Assembly: GCA_040397175.1 (NCBI GenBank)
Contig: JBBAWM010000004.1
Coordinates: 45,673-109,672, forward strand
DNA: 64,000 nt
Direction: 5' to 3'
DNA from: Candidatus Limnocylindrus sp.
Lineage (GTDB): Bacteria > Chloroflexota > Limnocylindria > Limnocylindrales > Limnocylindraceae
Positions 1 through 9,732 of this stretch are shown piece by piece (positions within the stretch are counted from its first letter, which is position 1; every line of letters begins with the position of its first letter). Below the pieces are notes generated by a model. It was not told the origin of the DNA and made no database searches. It saw nothing but the letters and a program-made list of their open reading frames with translations. The position numbers were made by a program, and so were the translations under genes.

Positions 1-1
1 C

Positions 2-715
2 AAGAAGGCAATCTTGGCCCGCGTCCTTGGTGGCGCTGGCGAAGTTGCGAACTCGAGCGTGACGCCACTCGCCTGGTTCTACAAGGACCCAGGTGCATCG
101 AAGTTTGACCTTGTTGCTGCGGCGAAGACGCTCGCAGACGCCGGTTGGAAGGACACAAATGCAAACGGCACCGTCGACAAGGACGGCGTTGAGGCAGTTC
201 TCGACTTCTGCACGACCAAGAAGGCCGTGCGCAAGTCGGTGATCTCCTACATTGCAAGTGACCTCGCCAAAATCGGTATCAAGGCTGTATACGATGCAGT
301 CTCGGGTGGTGTGTTGTTTGCGCCGTGGACCGATTCAACGGAAACCGACGCTTGTAACCTCTCACGCGGTACGTTTGACGTAGGGCTGCACGCATACTCC
401 TCGGGCATCGAGGCAGTGTCGCTCTACGGGGTGTACCACTCCTCGAAGTTTGAGCCAGATGGTCAGAATGACGCCAAGATCAGCGATCCAAAGTTGGACG
501 CCGCCTTGGAAGGTGTCAAGACCAATGTTGACTTGGACAAGATCAAGGCGGCCGCCGCGTCGGTCCAGCAGATCCTGTCTGATTCAACGGCAGAGATTCC
601 GCTCTACTACTGGCTCGGAATCGAGCTGGTGAGCGACAAGGTCATTGGGTTCGTCCAGAACCCAACGCAGGCCGGCCCGCTCTGGAACGCGGGTGAGATC
701 TCGCTGACCCAGTAA
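2..715 (+). CDS. oppA: Peptide ABC transporter substrate-binding protein (family 5), 5'-truncated by the window
   Basis: Frame is open from base 2. It shows C-terminal SBP_bac_5 features (AAKTLADAGWKD..G..DKDG; EIPLYY) and lies upstream of permease and ATPase genes. Confidence 0.85.
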   Translation, partial: KKAILARVLGGAGEVANSSVTPLAWFYKDPGASKFDLVAAAKTLADAGWKDTNANGTVDKDGVEAVLDFCTTKKAVRKSVISYIASDLAKIGIKAVYDAVSGGVLFAPWTDSTETDACNLSRGTFDVGLHAYSSGIEAVSLYGVYHSSKFEPDGQNDAKISDPKLDAALEGVKTNVDLDKIKAAAASVQQILSDSTAEIPLYYWLGIELVSDKVIGFVQNPTQAGPLWNAGEISLTQ

Positions 716-721
716 GTTCTA

Positions 722-781
722 CCGCTCCGACATACGTCGGAGCGGCAAAAAAGGCGGGGCCTTCGGGCCCCGCCTTTTTTT
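722..781. terminator. Tandem hairpins; the second is a bidirectional intrinsic terminator
   Basis: CCGCTCCGAC-ATAC-GTCGGAGCGG (722-745), then A6-GGCGGGGCC-TTCG-GGCCCCGCC-T7 (747-781). Confidence 0.9.
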
Positions 782-908
782 ATGCCCCGTGGAAGAGGGG
801 GGGCCACGAAGCGCGGGGCGGGGCGCCGCCGGGCGAACTCCCCTGTGCCTCGGGCGCCCGGTATCAGGTACGATTCGGCAACGCTCGGGGGGCGAGAAAG
901 GGGCAGGC

Positions 909-2003
909 ATGTTGAAGTTCATTGTTCGCCGCGTCGTAGTCAGCCTCGGCATCCTCCTTGGTGCAACCGTCCTCATCTATGCCCTACTCCTCGCAGCCCC
1001 TGGTGGCCCAGCCCAGAAATATGCGGGGAACCCCAAGTACACACCAGAGCAGGCCGCCGCCTACGTGAAGGCGCTCGGTCTCGATAAGCCGATTCCGGTG
1101 CAGTACTGCCGTTGGCTCGGGGCCTGCCGCCGTGATCGCGACGGAATCGATGCGCTACTTGGGCCAACTGGGCTTCCGGCAATCTTGCCCACCGGGCTGA
1201 GCGGCGTCGACACTGGGATCGCGCACGGTGATTTTGGGTATTCCTATGAGAGCGGCTCGCCCGTGATCGAGCGGCTCGGTCACGCGTTGCTACCAACTTT
1301 TATCCTTGCGCTCATCGCCTCGGTCATCTGGCTCTCGCTCGCCGTTCTCCTGGGCGTCGCCACGGCACTCCGGAACGGAACAAAGTTTGACCATATCGTG
1401 AGCATCGTCACCTACGTCATGAATTCGTTCCCCACCTTCATCTTGGGCTTCTGGCTGATCTGGATCTTTGCCGTCACGCTGCACCTCACTCCGGTGAGCG
1501 GCATGTCGGACGCGCGCCTCTCCCCCGCGTTCGGCAGTGACGCGTACTGGACCTACGTCTCCGCGAATCCTGGAACCGCGCTCCTGGATCTTGGGCGACA
1601 TCTCATTCTGCCAGTCGTTACCCTGGTAACCATCAGCATCGCCGGCGACTCGCGCTACGTGCGCCAGAGCGTCATCGAGTCGATGGGCATGGAGCATGTC
1701 CGTACGGCACGCTCCAAGGGGCTGAGCGCGCGGCGCATCAACATTCGGCACATCCTTCGTACCGGTCTCATTCCGTTTGCGACCAATATCGGTCTCGCAT
1801 TCCCGTTCTTGGTCTCAGGCGCGCTCGTCACCGAGACGATCTTTAGCTGGCCAGGTGTCGGGCGACTCACCGTTACCGCTATCGGCACCCTCGACTACCC
1901 CGTGTTGATGGCCGTGCTGACGGTTGGTGCCGTTGCCGTCTCTGTCGGCAACCTCATCTCTGACCTGCTCTACGCGATCCTTGATCCGCGGGTGCGCCTG
2001 TGA
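909..2003 (+). CDS. oppB: Peptide ABC transporter permease (OppB/DppB)
   Basis: Starts MLKFIVRR after a purine-rich SD. Contains GDFGYS, the EAA-like loop TARSKGLS, ETIFSWPGVG and the LDPRVR end. A -10-like TACGAT lies at 868-873. Confidence 0.9.
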   Translation: MLKFIVRRVVVSLGILLGATVLIYALLLAAPGGPAQKYAGNPKYTPEQAAAYVKALGLDKPIPVQYCRWLGACRRDRDGIDALLGPTGLPAILPTGLSGVDTGIAHGDFGYSYESGSPVIERLGHALLPTFILALIASVIWLSLAVLLGVATALRNGTKFDHIVSIVTYVMNSFPTFILGFWLIWIFAVTLHLTPVSGMSDARLSPAFGSDAYWTYVSANPGTALLDLGRHLILPVVTLVTISIAGDSRYVRQSVIESMGMEHVRTARSKGLSARRINIRHILRTGLIPFATNIGLAFPFLVSGALVTETIFSWPGVGRLTVTAIGTLDYPVLMAVLTVGAVAVSVGNLISDLLYAILDPRVRL

Positions 2004-2962
2004 GCAGCCTGTTGCGATCACTCCGAACGATTTTCGCGCCGAAGCGCACAGCGCGGCGCGCTCCGCAGCGGGCGATCGATGGCGGAATCTCGGAGAGCCC
2101 GTGGGGCCAGGCCCGGCGTCGCTTCTTCTCGGGGCGCATGGGCCCACTCGGCCTAGCCTTACTGGTGGCCATCTTCCTCTTCGTGATCATTGGTTCCATC
2201 GTCCTGCCGTTCGACTTCTATCACGTTCCGCAGCCAGACGAGATCAATTTCGTCGGTCGCGGCCCAGCGTGGGGTCGGCCCTTTGGTGAGACGGGGCTCC
2301 TCCAGCTTGACGTATTAACCCTCGTCGTCAATGGCGGCAAGACGTCGCTAGCAATTGGATTCTTTACCGCAATCGGCAGCATCACACTGGGTACCCTCAT
2401 CGGCGTGGTAGCGGGAACCCTCGGCGGAAAGGTCGACAGCGCGCTCATGCGCCTCGCCGATATCTTCCTGATGATCCCAACGATCTTTGTGATCCTCGTA
2501 TTGGCACGCATCTTGCAGGGGGCACACGGCGGTGGCATTTGGACGCTGATCTTCGTATTCGTCGTCTTTGGTTGGATGGGGCTCGCGCGACTGGTACGCG
2601 GGCAGGTGCTTGCGATCCGCGAGATGGAATTCGTCGAGGCCGCACGCGCCCTTGGGGTGCGCCCACTCCGTATCGCCGTACGGCACATCCTGCCCAACGC
2701 CATTGGCCCAGTCGTCGTCTCTGCGCCATTCATCGTGGGCGGCGCCATCATTAGTGAAGCCTTCATTAGCTACCTCGGCTTCGGCGTCGATGGGGCGACG
2801 CCAACCTGGGGGAACGTGCTCTCCGAATCGGCAAAGTTCCTCCAGCAGGGGAACTGGTGGTGGATCGGCTTCCCCGGACTCTTCATCGTGCTGACCTCAC
2901 TCTCCATCAACATGATCGGCGACGCGCTACGCAGCGCGCTTGACCCTCGAGGTGCAAAGTGA
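2000..2962 (+). CDS. oppC: Peptide ABC transporter permease (OppC/DppC)
   Basis: EFVEAARALG, RHILPN and GDALRSALDPR motifs; GTGA overlap with oppB. Confidence 0.9.
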   Translation: MSSLLRSLRTIFAPKRTARRAPQRAIDGGISESPWGQARRRFFSGRMGPLGLALLVAIFLFVIIGSIVLPFDFYHVPQPDEINFVGRGPAWGRPFGETGLLQLDVLTLVVNGGKTSLAIGFFTAIGSITLGTLIGVVAGTLGGKVDSALMRLADIFLMIPTIFVILVLARILQGAHGGGIWTLIFVFVVFGWMGLARLVRGQVLAIREMEFVEAARALGVRPLRIAVRHILPNAIGPVVVSAPFIVGGAIISEAFISYLGFGVDGATPTWGNVLSESAKFLQQGNWWWIGFPGLFIVLTSLSINMIGDALRSALDPRGAK

Positions 2963-3987
2963 AGCGCGCCCCACAGGGAGCGGTCATCGAGGTACGAGAC
3001 CTCAACGTCTCCTTTGCGAGCGCCGCTGGCACCGTCAAGGTGGTGGAGGGTGTCTCGTTCCACATCAATAAGGGCGAATGCCTCGCAATCGTTGGTGAAT
3101 CTGGGTCGGGGAAGAGCGTTTCAGCGCTTGCCACGATCGGCCTCCTGGTGAAGGAGCAGGCCACCGTCACGGGTTCGGTGAAATTCCGCGGTGACGAGCT
3201 GCTAGGAAAGCCAGAGTCCTACATGCGCAAGGTTCGAGGCGGCGGGATCTCGATGATCTTCCAGGAGCCGCTCTCGGCACTGAATCCAGTGCTCACCATC
3301 GGCGAGCAGATCGCTGAGGGGATCGTTGCGCATGGCCGCGGCGACTGGAAGGCTGCCCACCTCAAGGCGGTGGAGTATCTGGAGTCTGTCGAGATCGCCC
3401 AGGCTGCACGCCGGGCCAAGCAGTATCCGCACGAGCTCTCGGGTGGGATGCGCCAACGCGCCATGATCGCCATGGCCCTCGCTGGCGACCCAGAGCTGAT
3501 CATTGCGGACGAGCCGACGACCGCCCTCGACGTCACGATCCAGGCGCAGGTGCTGGAGCTCCTGCGCCGCGCGACGCGCGAGCGCGGGACGGCGCTCCTG
3601 TTGATCACCCACGACCTTGGAGTCGTGGCAGAGACCGCTGACCGCGTGGCCGTGATGTACGCGGGTCAGATCATTGAGGAGGGGCCCGCGGCGGCCGTCA
3701 TTCGAGCCCCCGCGAGCCCATATGCGCTTGATCTTGTCGCCTCCATTCCGTCATACGATCGCCGTGGCAAGGGCCTCTCGACAATTGAGGGGATGGTGCC
3801 GTCGCCAGCAAACTTCCCGAGTGGCTGCCGCTTCCATCCTCGTTGCCGATTCGCCGTTGCCGCCTGCAGCGCCGCGGTGCCACCGCTCGCGCCGCGCGGC
3901 GCATCCCGCTCGGTGCGCTGCTTCCGTGTCGACGAAATCGCCAAGGGCGCTCGACCAACAGCGAAGCGTAAGGGGGGCAGCAAGTGA
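2959..3987 (+). CDS. oppD: Peptide ABC transporter ATPase (OppD/DppD)
   Basis: GESGSGKS, LSGGMRQR, IIADEPTTALD and the C-terminal GCRFHPRC motif. Confidence 0.93.
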   Translation: MKRAPQGAVIEVRDLNVSFASAAGTVKVVEGVSFHINKGECLAIVGESGSGKSVSALATIGLLVKEQATVTGSVKFRGDELLGKPESYMRKVRGGGISMIFQEPLSALNPVLTIGEQIAEGIVAHGRGDWKAAHLKAVEYLESVEIAQAARRAKQYPHELSGGMRQRAMIAMALAGDPELIIADEPTTALDVTIQAQVLELLRRATRERGTALLLITHDLGVVAETADRVAVMYAGQIIEEGPAAAVIRAPASPYALDLVASIPSYDRRGKGLSTIEGMVPSPANFPSGCRFHPRCRFAVAACSAAVPPLAPRGASRSVRCFRVDEIAKGARPTAKRKGGSK

Positions 3988-5144
3988 CGAAGCGCGCACG
4001 TTCAACATCGGCACGCCCCCTGGTCGAACTGCGTGGCATTAAGAAGTACTTCCCAATCAGCGGAAACATCCCGCTCATCCAGAAGCGACAGTACGTGAAG
4101 GCGGTCGATGGAGTTGACCTCGCGATCGCCCGAGGTGAGACCCTCAGCGTCGTCGGTGAGTCTGGCTCGGGGAAGACGACCCTTGGGCGTGTCACCCTCG
4201 GCCTCCAGAAGGCCACAGCAGGTGAAGTCTGGTTTGACGGCACCAAGCTGTCAGATCGCAGCACTGAGGAGCGACGTAAGTTGCGCCGACGGATGCAAAT
4301 CGTCTTCCAAGACCCATTCGGCTCGCTCAACCCACGACTTCCCGTCGGCGACCAGATCGAGGAGGGGCTCCTCGCGCACAACATTGGTAGCTTGGCGCAG
4401 CGCCGCCAGCGCATGCGCCAGTCCCTCGAACTCGTCGGCCTACCCTCGGAGTATGCGGTGCGGTATCCGCACGAATTCTCGGGTGGACAGCGGCAACGGG
4501 TCGGCATCGCTCGCGCGCTCGCCTTGGACCCTGAGTTTGTCGTGCTTGACGAGCCGGTCTCTGCACTCGATGTGTCAATCCAGAGCCAAGTGCTCAATCT
4601 CCTTGCTGACCTCCGTGAGAAGAATGGGCTCACCTATATGTTCATTAGCCACAACCTTGATGTCGTTGGCTACTTCGCCGATCGCGTTGCCGTGATGTAC
4701 CTCGGCAAGATCGTTGAGATTGGGCCAGTCGCCCAGGTCTTCACGAAACCGCAACATCCCTATACCGTCGCGTTGATCTCAGCGGTGCCAAAGGTCGCGG
4801 CTCACGACGTCAAAGACCGATTGATCCTCGAGGGCGAGATCCCGTCACCGATCAATCCGCCATCGGGTTGCCGCTTCCGCACGCGCTGCTGGCTCCGTGA
4901 ACAGCTCGGCAACCCAGAGCGCTGTTCCACCGAGGAACCGAAGCTCGTCTCGACCCTTCGAGATACCTCCGTAAGCGTTGCTTGCCACTTCCCACTTGCC
5001 GATGGAGCGGCTGCAACGACACAACGCGGACGGGCTGAAATTGCCCGTGCTGCAAAGGCCACGCGCGTCGCAGCGTCGAAGGCGGCTGATCCGGTCGCAA
5101 AGAAGAAGCGGCGCGCTACGCCAGGGAGTCAGCGCAGCGCCTAG
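3984..5144 (+). CDS. oppF: Peptide ABC transporter ATPase (OppF/DppF)
   Basis: GESGSGKT, FSGGQRQR, LDEPVSALD and PPSGCRFRTRC motifs. Confidence 0.93.
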   Translation: MTKRARSTSARPLVELRGIKKYFPISGNIPLIQKRQYVKAVDGVDLAIARGETLSVVGESGSGKTTLGRVTLGLQKATAGEVWFDGTKLSDRSTEERRKLRRRMQIVFQDPFGSLNPRLPVGDQIEEGLLAHNIGSLAQRRQRMRQSLELVGLPSEYAVRYPHEFSGGQRQRVGIARALALDPEFVVLDEPVSALDVSIQSQVLNLLADLREKNGLTYMFISHNLDVVGYFADRVAVMYLGKIVEIGPVAQVFTKPQHPYTVALISAVPKVAAHDVKDRLILEGEIPSPINPPSGCRFRTRCWLREQLGNPERCSTEEPKLVSTLRDTSVSVACHFPLADGAAATTQRGRAEIARAAKATRVAASKAADPVAKKKRRATPGSQRSA

Positions 5145-6688
5145 TCCTCTCGACGACCGCCCGCAGCCTCACCCTCAGCTTGCATGACGGCGCTGTAACG
5201 CGCACGCAGCTCTGACGCTTCGTCGGCGTTGGCGCCTCGTGGTTCAATGCGTTCGGAAGGCTGCGCAATGCGTTCGGCGGCCTCGACTAATCCATGAAAG
5301 TGACCAGATGCGACGCCAGCGAGTGCCGCTGCCCCGGCCGCTGAGGCCTCGCGGTTCTGCCCGATCACGACTGGGACGGCAAAGAGATCGGCGCGCAGCT
5401 GCACCAGGGCGGCGGGCACCCGTTCGGCGCGAGAGAGCGGGCCCGGGGTAGCGCCTGTCGCGGGCCCCGAGAGCCGTACCTCGTTCACCGTGAGCCCTGC
5501 ATCACGAGCAGGGGCCAGTAGGTGCGCTACAGCAAGCGCACCCCCCTCAATGGCGGCGCGTACGAAGTGCGCAGGGCCGTGCTCGCTCGTCATCCCAACG
5601 AATGCGTCGCTCGCCGTTGCTGGATCTGGCCAGCCTGCGCTCAGAATTGGTCGGGCCATGAGCCCTTCGGCGCCGAGCGGAAGCGCGGCCGCCGCTTCGA
5701 AGAGCGCGGTGCGCCGCTCTGGAGCCGCGGCGGCCTCCCCGGCGAGCAACTCTTGAATCACCCAATCAAGAAGTCGACCCGTTCCCGCAAACGCACCTCC
5801 CACAATCAGGAGGTCACCGAATGGGAGCGGGGCTGGCCCCGCCCAAAGTCGATGCTCAAGCCGCTCCATGACGCGTTGCGATGCGGCCGTTTCAACGGCG
5901 ACCGCCACCCCGCCAGCGGTGCCACCAACATCGACGCCCGCCCCCGCGCTCGTCAGTCCCGCGCCGATCACCGCTGCAAGGCCATCATTCACCCCCGCCG
6001 CAATCGGGATCCCCGGGGTGAGCCCAAGCTCCGCAGCGGGAGCCGGCAGGAGGGTGCCGATTCGCGTGCCGGGGAACACCTCGGGCGGCATGGCACGCTC
6101 GTCAAGCCCCGCGGTCATGAGTGCGCTCCGATTGGTTGGTGAAAGGCTGCGCGCTGGATCCCAAAACGAACTCACCGCAACGCCAGAGAGACGGAAGGCG
6201 ATGGCGTCCCACGTGGAGAGCAGCCAGGCGGAAACGGCGGCCGTGGCCACACGTTCACGCAAGAGCCAACGTGCTTTCGGCAACTCACCGAGGAGCCAGC
6301 CGCTTCGACCGAGCAGGGCAGCGAGGGCGACCTCGTCCTCCGCGGCCCGACGATCACGCCACATCAAGGCCGGCCCGGCGGCCCTACCGTCAGTCCGTAC
6401 GGGGACAAGCGTCGGTCCGTGCCCGACCACACCGACGCCGAGCACCTCGACTCCTCCATCGCGCTCTGCGACCTGCAGTACTTCGTGCGTGGCGTCACAG
6501 AGTGCCTGCCACCAGCCATCGGGATCTTGCTCACGCAAATCTCTGGCCGATGCCGATGAGCTGGGCGGATTTGAGGCGCGCCGCGCTAAATGTCGTGGCG
6601 CACCTGTTTTCGCATCGACCAGGAGCACCTTGACGGATCCGCTCCCAACGTCGAAGGCGAGGAGCCCTTGACGTGGAGCGTGACGCAT
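5141..6688 (-). CDS. FGGY-family carbohydrate kinase (xylulokinase-like)
   Basis: FDVGSGSVK, EQDPDGWW, LMWRDRRA, AGVNDG and RAAIEG motifs; substrate not determinable. Confidence 0.8.
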   Translation of the reverse strand: MRHAPRQGLLAFDVGSGSVKVLLVDAKTGAPRHLARRASNPPSSSASARDLREQDPDGWWQALCDATHEVLQVAERDGGVEVLGVGVVGHGPTLVPVRTDGRAAGPALMWRDRRAAEDEVALAALLGRSGWLLGELPKARWLLRERVATAAVSAWLLSTWDAIAFRLSGVAVSSFWDPARSLSPTNRSALMTAGLDERAMPPEVFPGTRIGTLLPAPAAELGLTPGIPIAAGVNDGLAAVIGAGLTSAGAGVDVGGTAGGVAVAVETAASQRVMERLEHRLWAGPAPLPFGDLLIVGGAFAGTGRLLDWVIQELLAGEAAAAPERRTALFEAAAALPLGAEGLMARPILSAGWPDPATASDAFVGMTSEHGPAHFVRAAIEGGALAVAHLLAPARDAGLTVNEVRLSGPATGATPGPLSRAERVPAALVQLRADLFAVPVVIGQNREASAAGAAALAGVASGHFHGLVEAAERIAQPSERIEPRGANADEASELRARYSAVMQAEGEAAGGRRED

Positions 6689-6707
6689 ACGGTGCGCTGG
6701 CGCGCGG

Positions 6708-7391
6708 TTAGCGCGGACCGTCGCTCCGGCCGTGGTTCACATACCACCAGGCCGAAGGGAAGACACCAGCGGCGAGCGCGAGCTTAATCGCATCGCCGAG
6801 CAGGAACGGGGTAACCCCCTTCTCGATTGCGACACCGATCTCGAGATGCTTAGCGGTGGCGAGCCATGGCACACCGAAAGAATAAATAATCAGGCTGCCG
6901 ATTGCCATTGCGCCAACGGTGCCGATCACGCTGCGGTCCCAGCCGAGGTCGGCGAGTCGCCCAACGATCCATCCGGCGAAGAGCATCCCGACGAGGTAGC
7001 CGCCCGTGGGCGCGAACTGCAGCAGGCCCGCGTCGCTGGTGAAGAATTTCTCGATGCCGTGACTCCCGTCGCGAAAGACTGGGGCGCCGAGGATGCCGAG
7101 GGCGAGGTAGAGCGCCATGGAGGCGAGGCCGCGGCGCGCGCCAAGCGCAGCGCCAACCAGCAACACGCCGAAGGTCTGTCCGGTAATCGGCACGGGGGTG
7201 CCGGGGAGCGGGATCACGATCTGCGCGGAGGCGGCCACGATCAGGGCGCCAACAACCGCAAGCGCGAGGCCCTGCAGGCGTGCACCGAGGCGCTCTCCAA
7301 GAAAGACAGGGAAGAAGAAGTCTCCCAGCGTCACGCCGTACTCAGCGGCGGGAATCCGACCCATGGCGGGTATCGCACGTCGAATCTGCAT
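6708..7391 (-). CDS. bioY: Biotin transporter BioY
   Basis: PVPITGQTFGVLL, LG.RRG, PTGGYL.G and PFL.GD..K motifs; SD GGAGG upstream of the ATG. Confidence 0.92.
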   Translation of the reverse strand: MQIRRAIPAMGRIPAAEYGVTLGDFFFPVFLGERLGARLQGLALAVVGALIVAASAQIVIPLPGTPVPITGQTFGVLLVGAALGARRGLASMALYLALGILGAPVFRDGSHGIEKFFTSDAGLLQFAPTGGYLVGMLFAGWIVGRLADLGWDRSVIGTVGAMAIGSLIIYSFGVPWLATAKHLEIGVAIEKGVTPFLLGDAIKLALAAGVFPSAWWYVNHGRSDGPR

Positions 7392-7491
7392 CGTGAACCC
7401 TCCCTACGGGCGCCGCCCTTATGCGGAGGCGCCGACCCTCAGTCTACCCTGCGCCACCCCCCTCCCCGCAGGGTAAGATGGGCGCTGACGT

Positions 7492-7567
7492 GGTGGCCAT
7501 CGTTCAATGGTTAGGACCGTGGTTTGTGGAGCCGCAGATGAGGGTTCAATTCCCTCTGGCCACCCCA
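7492..7567 (+). tRNA. tRNA-His (GTG)
   Basis: G-1 plus acceptor stem GTGGCCA/TGGCCAC, C73 discriminator, encoded CCA, anticodon loop TT-GTG-GA and T-arm GAGGG-TTCAATT-CCCTC. A -10-like TAAGAT lies at 7474-7479. Confidence 0.95.
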
Positions 7568-7587
7568 CCACTCCTGAGGAGCCCAGC

Positions 7588-8877
7588 ATGCCCACCGTCA
7601 CATCTCGCAGACGCTTGAGCAGGGATCCTGGCTTCCTCCGACTTTGGAGCGCCGAAACGATCAGCCACCTCGGCTCGAGCTTCAGCAACCTGGCCATGCC
7701 CATCGTGGCCATTCAGCTGCTCAACGCCGGCCCTATGGAGATCGCGTGGATCAACCTCGCTGACTTCCTCCCCTTTCTCGTCTTGGGGCTCCTGATCGGG
7801 GCACTCGTTGATCGACTGCCACGCCGCGGCATCTTGATCGTTGGCGACCTTGGACGAGCACTCCTGCTGCTCTCGCTCCCCATCTCATACGCGCTCGGCA
7901 TCCTCTCCATTGCGCAACTTGTCGTCGTGGGGCTCTTACTCGGCACCTTGACCGTCTTCTTCGACGTTGCCTATCAGGCATACCTGCCGTCACTCATTCC
8001 GAAAGAGGATCTCGTTGAAGGGAACTCAAAACTCGAGATCAGTCGCTCTGCCGCGGGACTCCTTGGGCCGAGCCTTGCCGGTGCACTGATCGCCATCGTC
8101 AAAGCCCCCGCCGCGGTCGTGGTCGACGCCATCTCGTATGCGATCTCTGCACTCTTCATCTTCTCGATCAAGCCACATCACGAGTCTGTCGCCGAACAGC
8201 ACGACGCCACAGCGCCAACCGAAACAACGCCGCACGCTTCGCTGCGATCCGACATTGCCGCCGGGCTGCGGTACGTTTTCGGTCACCCTGCCCTGCGCAC
8301 GATCGGTGGCGCCACGGCAACTGCAAACCTCTTTGGCACGATTGGCGGGACGGTACTACTGCTCTTCGCCTACAAGGTGCTGGTGCTCTCCGTGGCGCTC
8401 GTCGGATTTGCTGCGACGCTCGGCTCCGCCGGTGGATTGATCAGCGCCGTGTTCGCCGACAGGATCTCCAAGAGGCTTGGCATCGGTCGCACCATTGTCC
8501 TCACGATTCCGCTGGGCGGTCCACCGATGGCGGCGCTCGCCCTCTGCCAGCCCGGAAACGACCTACTGAACACCCTCGTCATTGGCGGGGGCTTCTTCGC
8601 GATGTCTGCCTCTGCCACGCTCTACAACATCAACCAGGTGAGCTTGCGCCAGGCGCTCACCCCACCAGAAATGGCCGGGCGGATGAATGCCACGATGCGC
8701 TGGTTCGTGTGGGGCACCATTCCGATCGGCGCGCTGCTCGGTGGCATCATTGGCACAAGCCTGGGCCTGCGTGAGGCGCTGATCATTGGCGGCATTGGCG
8801 CCTCCTTCTCATTCGTCCCACTCCTCTTTGGTCCGGTCTGGAAGATCAAGGAGATGCCGACGGGGGTCGCCCCGTAG
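7588..8877 (+). CDS. MFS transporter (DHA3/MefA-like efflux type)
   Basis: About 12 hydrophobic segments; F.RLW, G.LVDRLPRR and P.EMAGR motifs; SD GAGGAG before ATG 7588. Confidence 0.88.
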   Translation: MPTVTSRRRLSRDPGFLRLWSAETISHLGSSFSNLAMPIVAIQLLNAGPMEIAWINLADFLPFLVLGLLIGALVDRLPRRGILIVGDLGRALLLLSLPISYALGILSIAQLVVVGLLLGTLTVFFDVAYQAYLPSLIPKEDLVEGNSKLEISRSAAGLLGPSLAGALIAIVKAPAAVVVDAISYAISALFIFSIKPHHESVAEQHDATAPTETTPHASLRSDIAAGLRYVFGHPALRTIGGATATANLFGTIGGTVLLLFAYKVLVLSVALVGFAATLGSAGGLISAVFADRISKRLGIGRTIVLTIPLGGPPMAALALCQPGNDLLNTLVIGGGFFAMSASATLYNINQVSLRQALTPPEMAGRMNATMRWFVWGTIPIGALLGGIIGTSLGLREALIIGGIGASFSFVPLLFGPVWKIKEMPTGVAP

Positions 8878-8976
8878 TAGCGTTACCAACACCCTGACGC
8901 TAGTGCGCTGATAGACTTCGCGACGCAGCCGTACGCGCGTTGCGCATGGCATACGTTGGCGGAGGGGGGAGCCTGG

Positions 8977-9612
8977 ATGCGATTTGGAAACGACGCACTC
9001 GGTGTGCGCCTCGCCGCCTTACTGGAGGCTGGGGACCTCAACGAGGTGGTCGTATCATCGGACCTCGTGATTCAGGCCGCCTACATGGAGTGGCGCCGTA
9101 CCACCGTGCAGCGTCGTAACGGCGAACAATACGTGCGCTACATCGTTGGTCACCCAGGTGCTGTGGCCATCCTTGCCATTGATGCGGCCAGCGACGCGGC
9201 CGTCACGCCAGCGAGCGAGATGCTCTTCGTGCGCCAGTTCCGAGCGCCAGTCGGACAGCTCCTCCTTGAGGTGCCCGCTGGAACGCTCGACCTCCATGAC
9301 GGCGTCACCGAGGAGTCGCAGTTGGCCGCAGAACGCGAGCTGGAAGAGGAGACCGGCCTTCGGGCAACCTCCTGGCGCCACCTCCAGAGCTTCTTCACCG
9401 CGCCAGGATTTACCAGCGAGCGCATGGAGCTCTATCTCGCGCTTGGCCTCTCTGCGGCTGGCCCAGGCGCCCGCACCCCGGATGAAGATGAGGCCATCGA
9501 GGCGATCCGGCTGACCATTGCCGAAGCGGTCGAAGCGGTCCGCCGGGGGGCCATCGCCGATGCCAAGAGCCTGGTGGCAATCGCCGCGGCGGAGCGCCTC
9601 GCCGCCCGATAA
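8977..9612 (+). CDS. nudF: NUDIX hydrolase, ADP-ribose pyrophosphatase-like
   Basis: HPGAV, VRQFR, EVPAG, RELEEETG and PG...E..DAKS motifs; short insertion in the Nudix box. Confidence 0.8.
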   Translation: MRFGNDALGVRLAALLEAGDLNEVVVSSDLVIQAAYMEWRRTTVQRRNGEQYVRYIVGHPGAVAILAIDAASDAAVTPASEMLFVRQFRAPVGQLLLEVPAGTLDLHDGVTEESQLAAERELEEETGLRATSWRHLQSFFTAPGFTSERMELYLALGLSAAGPGARTPDEDEAIEAIRLTIAEAVEAVRRGAIADAKSLVAIAAAERLAAR

Positions 9613-9678
9613 CCCCCGCACGGCTCGTGCGTAAATCCCTCGTACGTTGCGATATCCGCACCCCTACCCCACCTTCGG

Positions 9679-9687
9679 TGCTAGAAT
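9679..9687 (+). promoter_or_regulatory. Extended -10 promoter (TGcTAGAAT) of the aminotransferase gene
   Basis: Matches TGnTAnnnT about 45 nt upstream of the start. Confidence 0.6.
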
Positions 9688-9732
9688 CGTACCCACAGCG
9701 GTCCGCACTGCGGAATCCGCAGAGAAGGATGT

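Noticed and set aside
789-908. N-terminal extensions given by the ORF track (oppB 789, MFS 7507, pncB 15065, nrdJ 25383, acs 35813, fabZ 56379, M23 18333)
   Set aside because: They overlap upstream genes, the tRNA or promoters. Downstream starts with an SD or -10 box and family-typical N-termini fit better.
7492-8877. Possible integrative element at tRNA-His
   Set aside because: No integrase, no duplicated tRNA 3' end and no compositional shift seen; the MFS gene follows within 20 nt.
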